The notes below the pieces were generated by a model. That model did no database searches and was not told the DNA's origin. It saw nothing but the letters and a program-made list of their open reading frames with translations. A stretch of 62,956 bases of DNA, counting the filler, from Octopus bimaculoides (lineage: Eukaryota): NCBI RefSeq assembly GCF_001194135.2. It is 5 parts of 4 records of this genome, joined end to end, with 100 filler letters (N's around TTAATTAATTAA, not from the genome) between each part and the next. Parts side by side here need not be neighbours in the genome. Positions count along the whole stretch, not along the records: positions 1 to 13,418 come from NC_068984.1; positions 13,519 to 42,834 come from NC_068982.1; 3 more parts are not named here. The stretch is one strand, 5' to 3'. Positions 12,644 to 25,539 of this stretch are shown here, in pieces (position 1 is the stretch's first letter; each line of letters begins with the position of its first letter). Both the position numbers and the translations under genes were made by a program.

Positions 12644-12858
12644 AAGGCAGCAGGCTGGTAGAATCGTTAGCATGTTGGGCAAAATGCTTTGTGGCATTCC
12701 ATTCATCTTTACATTCGGAATTCTAATTCCACTGAGGTTGACTTTGCCTTTCATTATTCTGTGGGGGGTGGGGATCACTAAAATAATTACCAGGGGTTGA
12801 TATAGTTGATTTACCCCCTCCCCGAAATTGCTCACCTTGTGCTAAAATTTGAAACCAT
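12644..12858 (+). mobile_element. SINE family C copy with a variant tail
   Basis: GCTGGTAGAATCGTTAGCA...GGTTGACTTTGCCTTTCAT...GGGGTTGAT; tail CCCCTCCCCGAAATTGC...AAAATTTGAAACCA. Confidence 0.8.
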
Positions 12859-12891
12859 GTGCTGATTTTCAAAATGGTGAAAGTGTAAACA

Positions 12892-13026
12892 ACAAATTAA
12901 AAGGGTGGCTTATTAGCAATTAAAACCTTATTTTCAGGAAAAGTGGTGCTAGTCAGTACTGTCTGTCACTTTTATGACCTCTTGCCTTTAGGTTCTAATT
13001 GCTAATAAGCCACCCTTTTAATTTGT
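12892..13026. repeat. 37-bp inverted repeat (36/37 match), MITE-like hairpin
   Basis: ACAAATTAAAAGGGTGGCTTATTAGCAATTAAAACCT (12892-12928) versus AGGTTCTAATTGCTAATAAGCCACCCTTTTAATTTGT (12990-13026). Confidence 0.95.
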
Positions 13027-13199
13027 CATACACACACAAACACACTAACAGATAAACCACCAAACCATGCACACACACACACACACACACACACATACAT
13101 ACGCACACACACGTCCTGTTATCACACACACGTTCTGTTATCACACACACACTCGCAGACTTTCGCACACGCACAGATATTCATCTCCCTTTTTCACTC

Positions 13200-13418
13200 T
13201 CCTATCTTAGAAAGAACTTTTCCCCCACCACCTCCTCTTCCGGTCTTTTCATAATGTAACCTCGTGGGCATCGGTACCATTTTCCTCTTTCTCCGTTCTT
13301 CCATTCTCCGAACTTTCCATCTTTCCGACGAAGGGCTACGCCTGAAATGTCATACACTCTCTCTTTCCTTTCCTGAGCGTCCAATAATACTATCCATATC
13401 ACGTCCTCACTTTGTTGT
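13200..13418 (+). mobile_element. Putative Penelope-like element terminal fragment with hammerhead-like core at 13325-13351
   Basis: CCGACGA-A-GGGC-TAC-GCCT-GAAA-TGTC; downstream TTTCCTTTCCTGAGCGTCCAATAA shared with the copy at 31055-31290. Confidence 0.55.
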
Positions 13419-13518
13419 NNNNNNNNNNNNNNNNNNNNNNNNNNNNNNNNNNNNNNNNNNNNTTAATTAATTAANNNNNNNNNNNNNNNNNNNNNNNNNN
13501 NNNNNNNNNNNNNNNNNN
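13419..13518. other. Artificial scaffold join N44-TTAATTAATTAA-N44
   Basis: Exactly 100 bp; the same structure recurs four times; the 12-mer has stops in all six frames. Confidence 0.95.
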
Positions 13519-13546
13519 ATATATATATGTGTGTGTGTATATATAT

Positions 13547-13980
13547 ACTTGGAAAAGGATGCGTGGCGTTCGATCATATAATAATATAAATAATATAGAT
13601 ATATGCATATATCCATACATATATGTTCATACTACATCTATATGTATACATACATGCATATATGGGAACAGGACTTTACAAACAAGAGGAGGCGTGAGAG
13701 AGAGAGAAGGGTGAAAGTGAGGGAATAAGGAAAGTGGGGAGAGAAAAACAGAAAGGATGAAGAAGAAGTGAGGGAGAGAGATAGTAGAAGAGTACGCATG
13801 TAATTATTAAGATACAACTTACTTGGAAAAGATGCGTGGCGTTCGACCATATGATAATATAAATAATATAGTTTAAATAATAGATAGATAGATATAATAA
13901 TAATATAAACAATATAGATATCTGCATATATCCATACATATATGTACATACCTACATCTATACGTATACGTACATACCTA
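13547..13980 (+). repeat. Local duplication (~120-160 bp; copies start at 13547 and 13821)
   Basis: ACTTGGAAAA(G)GATGCGTGGCGTTCGA.CATAT.ATAATATAAATAATATAG...TGCATATATCCATACATATATGT present twice. Confidence 0.9.
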
Positions 13981-14245
13981 AATCTTCCTCCTTGACTCTC
14001 TGGTCGCTGACATGTGACGAAAGGGGTTCTTTCTTTCTGCCCACTGGTCTTCCTAAAGAACAGACGTGTTTTTTTCTGTCTCTTCATGGCACTTCTACTT
14101 AGCGTTCATAATAATTTTTCTATCGTCTTGGCTCAACAGCCCTCACCATTTGATTTTACAGTCTTGTTCTCGCTATCTTGTTTTTATCGTTTTATTGTTT
14201 TTACTGTCTTGTTCTCACTGTCCTGTTCTTGTTAACACTTTCACC

Positions 14246-14293
14246 CTGTGTCTGTGTGTGTGTGTGTGTATGTGCGTGTGTGCGTGTGTGTGT

Positions 14294-14327
<34 letters not shown>

Positions 14328-14380
14328 NNNNNNNNNNNNNNNNNNNNNNNNNNNNNNNNNNNNNNNNNNNNNNNNNNNNN

Positions 14381-14440
<60 letters not shown>

Positions 14441-14643
14441 CTGTGTCTGTGTTTGTACCCCCAACATTGCTTGACAACTGTTGTTGCTGTATTTATGTTC
14501 TTATAAATTACCGGTTTGGCAAAAGACACTATAGAATAAGTATTAGGCTTACAAAGTATGAATTCCGTGGGCGATTTCTCCGACCAACGGTGGTGCTCTA
14601 GCATGGCCTCATTCACATGACTGAAATAAGTAAAACAATAAAA
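14246..14643 (+). mobile_element. SINE family A internal (TG)n plus body/tail; no head found
   Basis: CATTGCTTGACAAC...TAGAATAAGTATTAGGCTTACAAAG...GGTGGTGCTCTAGCATGGCC...TGACTGAAATAAGTAAAA. Confidence 0.85.
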
Positions 14644-17379
14644 AATCTATGCCATTCTAATTCCAAGCATGGCCAGGTATCTCTGCTAGTATTCTATAAA
14701 TATGAAGTTACTCTCAGGCATAGAATTAAATTCCTGAAAACTCAGCTGACGCATATTAAGTAGACGCAATTACATCTACAATCGCCCCTTGCCAAAATAT
14801 CTTAACTTCCACCGCCTGTGTCCCTCTATCGTGGAAAATGCTACTACCTTCCTTTTATAACCACAATTGCATGCAGAAAAATAAATGGAGGCACGCTCTC
14901 TTAGTGAATATTGTACTTAATGACATTCACTACTTCTAAATAATTATTAATATATCACCATGTTCGCTAAATTCTATATGTGCCGTCCCCTATCTATCCC
15001 CTTTGGCACTCTGTATATTACGTTATTCTCTACCACCGCGCTTAGCCATTTCTATATTTATCTCTTTTCGATCTAGTTATCCTTCTATGTAACAACTTAC
15101 GTAACTAACAGAAGCGCATCATTCCATTCAGACGCCGACAAAGTCCTCAAGGCAAAAACAACTAAATTATTTTGTCGAACACGGCAAAATCGTTGTTATT
15201 ACCACCTAACATCTCATGACGGAAGTGTTTTGCTGTGCACTGTATTTGTGTGTGTGCGCGCATACGTTCACGTGTTTGCATGTGTGCGTATTTTTTATAC
15301 ATTAATGTATACGCACACACACACACACACACACACACACCATATATATATCCATATATATATATATATATATATATANNNNNNNNNNNNNNNNNNNNNN
15401 NNNNNNNNNNNNNNNNNNNNNNNNNNNNNNNNNNNNNNNNNNNNNNNNNNNNNNNNNNNNNNNNNNNNNNNNNNNNNNNNNNNNNNNNNNNNNNNNNNNN
15501 NNNNNNNNNNNNNNNNNNNNNNNNNNNNNNNNNNNNNNNNNNNNNNNNNNNNNNNNNNNNNNNNNNNNNNNNNNNNNNNNNNNNNNNNNNNNNNNNNNNN
15601 NNNNNNNNNNNNNNNNNNNNNNNNNNNNNNNNNNNNNNNNNNNNNNNNNNNNNNNNNNNNNNNNNNNNNNNNNNNNNNNNNNNNNNNNNNNNNNNNNNNN
15701 NNNNNNNNNNNNNNNNNNNNNNNNNNNNNNNNNNNNNNNNNNNNNNNNNNNNNNNNNNNNNNNNNNNNNNNNNNNNNNNNNNNNNNNNNNNNNNNNNNNN
15801 NNNNNNNNNNNNNNNNNNNNNNNNNNNNNNNNNNNNNNNNNNNNNNNNNNNNNNNNNNNNNNNNNNNNNNNNNNNNNNNNNNNNNNNNNNNNNNNNNNNN
15901 NNNNNNNNATATATATATATATATATATATATAGAATATATAGATGGCTAGATGAAGACTCACAGAAATGCTTAGTTAGCTTTGATATACTGCGATCGAA
16001 TTAATTGAATCAATTGTCAAATGAAGCGTAATAGTACACTGAACTTTTAATTAATATCACGGCTGTAAAGCCACACCTATTAACAATAAACTTCTTTGTA
16101 GATAACCGCTCCTTCAAGGAAGACGAATTTTGCTAACAACTCTTTGCAATTCAAATTGCAAAAGCATTAACGATGTAGAAGACAGTCATAACTGCCAGCC
16201 TACAAATAAATCAATAGTCAATAAGTAGATAGTAAAAGCCTCAACTAATAACATTACAGCATAGTAAAAGCACCAACTAGGAATCTACTAGCACATACAT
16301 ATGTATGTAAATACACACACACATACATACATACATACATACATACATACATACATACATACATGCATATATATGTGTGTGTGTGTGTGTGTGTGACAAC
16401 ATCGGCTCGCTGTTCCAATAATGGAGTGTAAAACTTGACGAAAATATCTTGATGACTTGGATAGCTATTAAAACTAGGTGCTAACAGCGCAAATGCTTCC
16501 TGTTTTTTCGTAATACCAGATTTTTTATCATAATAATTCAAACGCAATTATATGTGCAATATTAGACTTCATGAACTAGAATATTAGTAGAAACATGTGG
16601 AGACAGTCTAGAAAGAATGGGAGAAGGAGAAAATAAGTGACAGAAAGAATGAGAAACAGATAAAATGAACTTAAACATATGTCGTAACAACATTAATTTT
16701 GAAAGTAAGGAATTTGTGTTCAAATCAAGCTTAGGTCAATTTTACTTCTATCCACCCGGTCTCCGTAAAATAAAGTACCAATCAAGCTCTTGGGCAAATT
16801 ACATCTACTAGCCCCTGATTGCAAATACCACTGGTCAAGTGCCTAAATCATTGAATCAGACAGGGAATATCGTCGTTAATTATACACAAGTATTTCGCTC
16901 TCTTATATCTCTCTTTCTACGACATCTCGTACTTATATGGCCATACATACTTCCAAGAGCAGCGCATAAACATGCACACACTCACTCATATACACATGCA
17001 CACGCGCGAGCACGTACATACTCAAACTCTCTCATACACACGCACACATGCACACACAGACATTCACATATGCATACACACACAAATACATGCACGCATG
17101 CGTGCGCGCGCGCACACACACACACGCACGCACACACACACACACACACAAAGGCGCTTGTGTTCGCTTGGAAATCTAGTAATGATTTGCCTAGCCATTA
17201 CTTGGTGTTTTTTTTTTTTTCAAAATTTCCTTCTCTCGGCCAATCCTAGGTTCCTCTCCTATAAGTTCTCTGAAGAGTGGTACTTACGAAGCCACTGGAT
17301 ATTTTTATACTGCCGTACTCATCTTTCATGTTCTCACCATCCGACTCCAAAACTTGTGCTGAATGATCTCAAAAACCTG

Positions 17380-18250
17380 GTCGTTTGCGATGTTGTCTAA
17401 GATTCATTTTACCATCAGCAAGATCTAACCATGCAAGCAAGTTACTGCTCAATTATTGTCATTATCCTATGGCCTCAGAAAGGAACCATGATAGACGAGG
17501 AATAAGAAAACATCCGTATGTTTAGAAACTCTGTAGAGCTGGTTATTCAACCTCTGCACTGTTTGTAAGATATAACACTATCCGCACCGTAGAAGACTTA
17601 AACATGTCTACATAGGCTTCAAGGGTATAAAGAATCTTAATGAGACTCAATAAAGACCAGAATCAACATTTTTACGTCAAAGAAGTCATTGTAGTATTTT
17701 CACAAAGAACGACCATCCGTGGGTCCCTCGCTTCATAAGTGACTGCCGCATTTACGGCTTCTACCTCGTTACTTTCAACAATTCCAATAGCGGATAGATT
17801 AACATCACAAATTCAGGATTTGTTAATGAGATAATAATAGACTGAGAACAGAGTGGAAGAATTGTTCGTATTCGGCAGACACATTTGTCAGAGCTCCAGC
17901 AAAAATCGGGCTGGAACTCTGTGTGGAAATAATACCAACTTTCATCACATATATTTGTAAAAGAAAAGACACTAGAAACAATGAAGTTAAAATGTCTAGT
18001 GGCAATTATAACGATCAAGACTATATAACGGACCAAGGCTAGAAATATTTAAAAGGAGGAAGAGAGTGAATGCACAGAACATACTTAAACCAATGTGGAA
18101 ACATAGAAAGATTGCATTAAACAGCAAAATCGGAATCCATCATCAAGTGGTGCTCCCCATAATCCTATAAAATGCGTAACACAGACTCACAGTGGAAAAG
18201 CATAGGAAAAGGAGTCCATAAACAAGCACATTACTGGGCGATTTGTGTTT
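17380..18250 (+). mobile_element. Heavily decayed RTE-type LINE reverse transcriptase region
   Basis: Remnants APAKIGLELCVE and ILKPMWKHRKIALNSKIGIHHQVVLPIIL resemble RTE ..AKIGL.IN.EKTK and .LKPIW.S..I...TK.RI...V...LLY. Confidence 0.55.
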
Positions 18251-19236
18251 AACACATATTTTATGAGATTGTGTACTTCATACAGCAGCTTCACCAAATT
18301 TCACCAAGGAGCCGAAATAGTAACAGGATGTGTCAAGGTATATTTTGCCAGGGAGGAGCATATGTTCCTTGGGAACATATGTTCCATAGGAATGAACATA
18401 TGTGAAAGTTGTACGGCAACAAAGAAGATATAAAGAGCTAGATTTTAAAAAGTCAGTACATCTTTCATTTTAAACACACGATTCAATTGAGTATATAATT
18501 TTGGCAAACATTAAAACACGCCACGTGTGAGTGTGTGCGCGCGTCTAAGTGCGTGTGTGTATGTAAGTACGTATATATATAATGCAGACAGACAAATCTC
18601 GTGTGCATTTCTATTTACAGAAAATCACACAAACACTTATTTTCCATGAGATATAATAGACGTATATTTTCACGTGTTCTTTCTGATTTCTACTTTGGAT
18701 TTTAAAACCATTTATTTGTTTATTTTCCGTATTATATTGCTATTAGCAAATATATTCATTAGAGTTCAGAAATCGATCGGAATTTCTTCCCTTAGCTTTT
18801 GGACTCATCAATTTTCAATCAGACGCTGCAATTATATAACATTACTTTTGTTTTTTTTAAACATATATAGCTGCTCCAAGGAATTTAAGATATCTACTTG
18901 ATATAGATAAACATTTTTTCTCCTTAATCAGACAATGATTACTGTTTCTTCGTTTCATTATTTGCTTTTCTCTGCATTAATTTTCATTGCAATTTCACTT
19001 GACGCTAAATGTAATAATACAGAAAGAATGTTTTTGAGGAATTAGAAGTAAAATAAATTATATTCAGCTATATATAAAGATTGAAAAGTATGTGTCATAG
19101 AATCTCATCTCCGTGCAGACGAATCATACTAACCTATTTAAAATGTAAATGCTCAACACAATGGAAGATAAAATGGTAACATAATATTCTAAGTCTACGA
19201 TGGATTTTTTTTTTATCTTCACTTTTCAAGTTTCAG

Positions 19237-19297
19237 CAAAACTGAAAATTCTTTATATGATCTGTTTGATAATTTGTTGTATTGCGGACTTTCTCAG
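19237..19297 (+). other. Candidate 61-nt internal exon
   Basis: Polypyrimidine tract plus TTTCAG acceptor, CAG|GTAGAT donor; two open frames (KTENSLYDLFDNLLYCGLSQ or KLKILYMICLIICCIADFL); no homology recognised. Confidence 0.2.
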
Positions 19298-20059
19298 GTA
19301 GATAAATGTAGGCCAAAATATGAATATGAAGCAGCTGAAGATTGAATTTGGGTCAAGTGTACATCAAAGGGAGCATTTCTCCTTAATCTATAGATAGGGT
19401 CATTCAAAACTTTCCAAGATAATTACTTAATTCTTTCTACATATCTTATCTAAGAATAAAAAGAATTGAAAAAAGAAACGATGTTGGATTTCGAAAGCAT
19501 TGTGTTTTTGTAATTTTAGATAACAAAGAGACTTCTTTTGTGATTGGAAATTGCGTTAGGATTAAATCAATTCCACTATATGTATGTGAGTGTGTATGTA
19601 TTTGTGTGGGAATTTTCTCTCTCTCTTCCTCTTTCTCTATCCTTCTCGTTCTCTGAGCGTTCTTTCCGTTTTCTCAATTCACATAGTTATTTCGACGACT
19701 ACCTGTTGTCGCCACATTGTAGTAATCAACTATCTCTTTTTCATAAACTATAACTGCACTGCCAAGGTTCAAGGAATTCTAACTCGAGACTGACCGTCGT
19801 CAATTGGTACAAAAAAGAAAAAAAGAAGGCATCAACCAGCACTTCCTGCAAACGTTTATCCCCAAATGTAATAGCTTCTAAAAGTGTGCGCCAATGATTT
19901 CTTTGCAGCTATCACCGTACAGATGTTAGTTGTTATATTTTTCACTTATTCACATCGGTGTAATCAGTCAACCAGTTTGAGGAAGGCTTAAAAATTCTCG
20001 CTGGCACAAGCTGAATATATCAATAATTGAAATGCAAACTCGCGCATAAAACTGAATAC

Positions 20060-20144
20060 ACACACACACACACCCACACATATATATATATACATGTACA
20101 TACATACATATATGCATATCTACATACATACATTCATACATATA

Positions 20145-20189
<45 letters not shown>

Positions 20190-20196
20190 ATATATA

Positions 20197-20252
<56 letters not shown>

Positions 20253-20289
20253 CATATATATATACATATATATATACATATATATATAC

Positions 20290-20320
<31 letters not shown>

Positions 20321-20336
20321 CATATATATATGTATG

Positions 20337-20393
<57 letters not shown>

Positions 20394-20440
20394 ATGTGTG
20401 TGTGTGTGTGTCTATGTGTGTGTGTGTATGTATATATATT
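20060..20440. repeat. Compound (CA)/(TA)/(TACA)/(TG) microsatellite block
   Basis: Seen directly; source of the YI/HI-rich ORFs. Confidence 0.97.
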
Positions 20441-20808
20441 GTGACATCTTTTCTATTCGGGTGCCAATTTTTGTTCCAACTTCATATTTATTGTATTGGT
20501 ATAATTTTCTACAGTAATCGTTGTCGTGAAATTCTTTTGTCCCATAATCAAAGTAACGAATATGATGTAACACAATTCCTTATAAAAATTCTAATATATG
20601 TCGATGCGAAAATATAACATGTAAAATTATCATCATACATATGTAAATAACACTCCACTTGTAAACTGTAGGTGAAGCTTCAAATCAACGTTTTTGTAAG
20701 CATAACATTTGGAGATTTCTTTAATGTAATTAGTTTTCAAATACGTTGAATTGATATTTACATACAAACACATAAGTATGTATTCTTCTCACTCACTCTC
20801 TCCCCCCG

Positions 20809-20850
<42 letters not shown>

Positions 20851-21104
20851 ATATGTGTGTGTTTATACATTCATATACGTATTTAGATGCACACACAAAC
20901 ATATATATGCATATGTAGACACACTCACATATACATAGAAGCATACTTACGTTTTACTTTTGTCTTTTAAAGGTACAGTAAATTGAGAGCTTATTGGAAA
21001 GTTTTAGATGCTCTTGTCTTGCCTGTAACCCTTGAAGTATTAAGAGAGTCTTGCCTAGGTTCATTGCCCCATGTATAGGGATTTTGTATATATGTATATA
21101 TACA

Positions 21105-21258
21105 TATGTACGTACGTACGTATGTATGTATGTATGTATGTATGTATGTATGGATGGATGGATGGATGGATGGAAGGATGGATGGATGGATGGATGGTTG
21201 GATGGATGGATGGATGGATGGATGGATGGATGGATGGATGGAGGAAGGGAGGGAGGGA
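21105..21258. repeat. Compound tetranucleotide microsatellite (TACG)>(TATG)>(GATG)>(GAGG)
   Basis: Seen directly. Confidence 0.95.
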
Positions 21259-22919
21259 TAGAATCCTGTGTGAATGCATGTATATAGCAAAGTGAACGAA
21301 TCATGGAAACATACGCACAGTTTTCATGATATGCAGAAATATAAATTCTAATATGGATAGATGTAGATATGTAGACATGCTTTGTAAAAACAAAAAGTCT
21401 TCATACAGGTGTTTCTAACTGTATCTTACTACGAGTACTTTCATGTGAGCGCGACTCGCTATGTGTGTATGAACATATTGCTTCACTACGCCATACGATG
21501 AATAAAGTAGATCTAAAATGAAAGGAATATGCTAAGCAATACAAGACGATAAGCTCAAACAAATTGAAGGTATTCGATGAAAGGAGAGCAAAGATTTGAA
21601 AGAAAGACGAAAATAGATGGAGCACTGAATGAAAAATTGTCAATGTAATCTGTTAAAGAAAGAATGCATAATGCGAATGAGAGACAGAAAAAGAAGTGTC
21701 CCTCTGAAGATGAAACGAAATTCTGGAAGAATGGCAGGAATGCACGAAAGACAAAAGTCGATTGGAAGCGAGTGAATGTGTGAGGTGAAAGAAATTGAAT
21801 GATAGAAGACGAAAGAAATCAGATGAAAAAAATGATAGATACAGAAAGAACTGAAATAGATGAAAGATGAATCAGAGCGAAAGATGGAAGAAACCATACA
21901 GAAAGAAAGTAATGAACGAAAACCTAAAATCGATGGGAGACGAAGGAAGATGAAAATTCAATGATTGAGCAAAGGAAGACAAAAACTGATTAATATAATG
22001 TGAATGAAAAAATACATTGAAAGAAAAATTAAGGTGGAAATATTAAAGAAATGCAATTGAAGAAACATATTCAAGTGTGAAAAAGTAAAAGAAAAACGGA
22101 TAAGAAACAATATGAATGTTATAATATAAACAATACCAAAATTTCAAACTCTGATAAAATCGGCTAACTGCAAGACACATATATTTAGATATTGATTTTA
22201 CATACGCAGACATGCATTAAAATATCATAAAGTGCACATGTAAGTGTACGCGCGCGCACGCACAGACACATTCCAACACAAACACATACACAAACACACA
22301 TACACATGCACACACATGCATGTAACACAAACGCCTACGAAAACATATACAAACAGACACGCTCGCATGCAGAAAGAATTCTAGACAAACACACAGAGAA
22401 AATGATAGTGAGCGGGAGGGAAGAGAGTTCAGTAGCTTGATTGAAGTAAACACGCTCGCATCCCAATATATTCTGAGAGATGATCGTAGCTAGAATACAC
22501 AAACAACAGTAACCTGTACACAGCTTACTACTGGCTGCGATCAGGTCGATATATATATACTACACAGAGTAAGAAGTGTATGTTTAAAACAAGTGCTATT
22601 GACTCGGAAACTTGAGTTCCATGAATGTCATATGGTTACTTTTTATAAACAAAAGTATAGCTTAAGAAAGAAGGAAAAGTAAAACAAAAGCATCGGAAAC
22701 AAAAATAACAGAGGCAAGCTGTCGTTGCCAATTTCACACACACGCACAAAAACGTTCGACCGTGTACGTACATGTATAAACAGAGGATTATTTTTTTAAA
22801 TTACTTATGGAAAATTCACACACAATCACACAAACTCAGATACATAAATGTATGTATGTATAATATATATGTGTCTATTCATACATACATACATACATAC
22901 ATACATACATACATACAGC

Positions 22920-23085
22920 AATTTTGAGGGAAGGGTTAAGTTGAAAACATCGACCCCAGTGTTCGGCTGGTGCTTGTTTTATTGACCCTGAAAGGATGAA
23001 AAGCAAAGTTGTCCTAGGCAGCATTTAAGCTTAGGACGTAAGCAAAGACGAAATGCCGTAGGCAATTTTGCCCGGTGTGCAGCCT
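22920..23085 (-). mobile_element. SINE family C fragment
   Basis: Plus strand ATCGACCCCAGTG...TTTTATTGACCCTGAAAGGATGAAAAGCAAAGTTG is the reverse complement of the family C core. Confidence 0.8.
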
Positions 23086-23873
23086 TTGTGTGTGAATATA
23101 TATATATATATANNNNNNNNNNNNNNNNNNNNNNNNNNNNNNNNNNNNNNNNNNNNNNNNNNNNNNNNNNNNNNNNNNNNNNNNNNNNNNNNNNNNNNNN
23201 NNNNNNNNNNNNNNNNNNNNNNNNNNNNNNNNNNNNNNNNNNNNNNNNNNNNNNNNNNNNNNNNNNNNNNNNNNNNNNNNNNNNNNNNNNNNNNNNNNNN
23301 NNNNNNNNNNNNNNNNNNNNNNNNNNNNNNNNNNNNNNNNNNNNNNNNNNNNNNNNNNNNNNNNNNNNNNNNNNNNNNNNNNNNNNNNNNNNNNNNNNNN
23401 NNNNNNNNNNNNNNNNNNNNNNNNNNNNNNNNNNNNNNNNNNNNNNNNNNNNNNNNNNNNNNNNNNNNNNNNNNNNNNNNNNNNNNNNNNNNNNNNNNNN
23501 NNNNNNNNNNNNNNNNNNNNNNNNNNNNTATATATATATATATATTTATATATATTTTTATACCCAAATTAGGCAAAAAATATTGTATCTGTTAACAAAC
23601 GTAGCAAAATACTCACAAGTGAGTTTTTGTATTTATATCGATTTAAATAAGAGCTCAAAACTGATCCATTGAAAATACTTTATTATAATAATGATAATGA
23701 TCTATGATCATTTCGATGCAATATCCAGATTGATTAATGCATATTATAAAATATGGGATACTGCATCTCCTCATGGCCTTATTAGTAGCAGGCAGACAAT
23801 AACAGGATAATTTAAAATATACACAAACCAAACTCGTACATAAATTTTTTTTTGCTTACAAAATGAGACATCA

Positions 23874-24282
23874 GGTGCAGATGTGGCTGTGTAGTTACAA
23901 GCTTGCTTCCCAACCACATGGTCCTAGGTTCAGTCCCACTGTGTGACAACTTGGGCAAGTGTTATCTACTATAACCACGGGCCGACTAAAGCCTTGTTAG
24001 TGGATTTGACAGACGGAAACTGAAAGTAGCCTGTCGAATGTGTGTGTGTGTGTGTGTGTGTGTATTTATGAGTGCATGTACTTGTGTCTCTGTTTGTCCC
24101 CCCACCATCACTTGACAGTGAGGGAGTGTTTATGTCACCGTAGCTTAGTGGTTCTGAAAAAGGGACCAATAGACTAAGTACTAGGCTTATAAAGAATAAC
24201 TTCTGGGGTCGATCTTTTCGACTAAAAGGCGGTATGCCAGCATGACCGCAGTGAAATGAATGAAACAAGTGAAAAAATAATA
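23874..24282 (+). mobile_element. Complete SINE family A copy
   Basis: GGTGCAGATGTGGCTGTGTAG...GGTTCAGTCCCACTG...GACGGAAACTGAAAG, (TG)n, body, tail GGCGGTATGCCAGCATGACC...GAAACAAGTG. Confidence 0.92.
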
Positions 24283-24380
24283 ACACTCCGCTTTGTTGTG
24301 TGTCAAGGAAGACCTGTTTCTTGCTAACACCTTTCCTTTTCTTGTTCCCAGTTTGTTTCTTTAACTTTCTTGTAACTTAC

Positions 24381-24469
24381 ATGAGGAAACGCACAAACAT
24401 GACTGGAATTCTTGGAAATCAGTTTGCAACACTTTTTGTATGCAATAACTAGATAATAGTAACAGATAC
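24381..24469 (-). other. Candidate 89-nt exon
   Basis: Acceptor TTATTTTTTTCTGACAG, donor CAT|GTAAGT; two open frames; no homology recognised. Confidence 0.3.
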
Positions 24470-25539
24470 CTGTCAGAAAAAAATAATAAAATACCCTCCA
24501 TCCGACGGGTTTCTACTCAGTTTTTGATATTTCAATTTAGACGTGCATATTTTTACTGAACCCCATCCACAATCACTTAGACACACGCCTGCAGTACTTT
24601 AGCTGTATTAACGGGCATAATTTTGGATTGTAAAACTGTACCGGCAACAATATGTGGTTAAGAAGAAAAGAATATTAGTTCAAGGCTATCATTATTTTAA
24701 TTATTTCGGCAAATAGATTAGGAACGCTGAACATCAACCATTTGTTTATCTTTATGTATTTTCTAATTAATTCAGGAAAGCATTAATTTTAGCATACTTG
24801 TCAAAGAGATAGTTAAAGTAGTTGGATAACTCTCACTAAATGTTCTAATATCTACACGGATTATTATTGGAAGATAGTTTTCATTATTGAACTAAATTTG
24901 AAGGAAAGATAGTTATTGTTAGTTCATATCCCGTTTATTTGTGCTACAGAGACTGAGCCAATAAACGTATGCGAGAGAAACATTTGATAAGAAGTTATTA
25001 AGATGTTTTTCATTTCCAATGTGAAAATAAGCCCTGCTCTCTCGTAAGCTTCATTTTTGTCTCGACATTTATTATGACTTCTAGTGGCAGTGGTACTTAC
25101 GATAAAATTCTTCCTTATGTACACTCACGACTCATAATGTTCTGATTATACAATCAACAGTAATTACCGGATTCCATGCTTTCGAGAATATAATGTAGCC
25201 ATAACGTACTAAAGTCGATTATACCAATTACACTTCCTTGATATATGAGGTCTCCTGTCGTAAAACAGAGGGCGAATTAATCGACTAACCCTTTCCACAA
25301 AATTTCAGCCCCTGTGTCTATGTAAGAAATTATCTCAACTTCTTTGCTGAAACAAATAGTCACTAATCTACGTAATCTCTAAATAGCAGCAGGCTTGCTA
25401 AACAGTAACCACGAATGGATACCACTGCATTGGCCATATTTCTGTAGGCCTAGTGCTTACAGAAATACAAAATGATAACCAATTGTATCGTTTATATTTT
25501 CACGTAACACAATGTTGTTACTTTACTGTTGTTGTTCAA

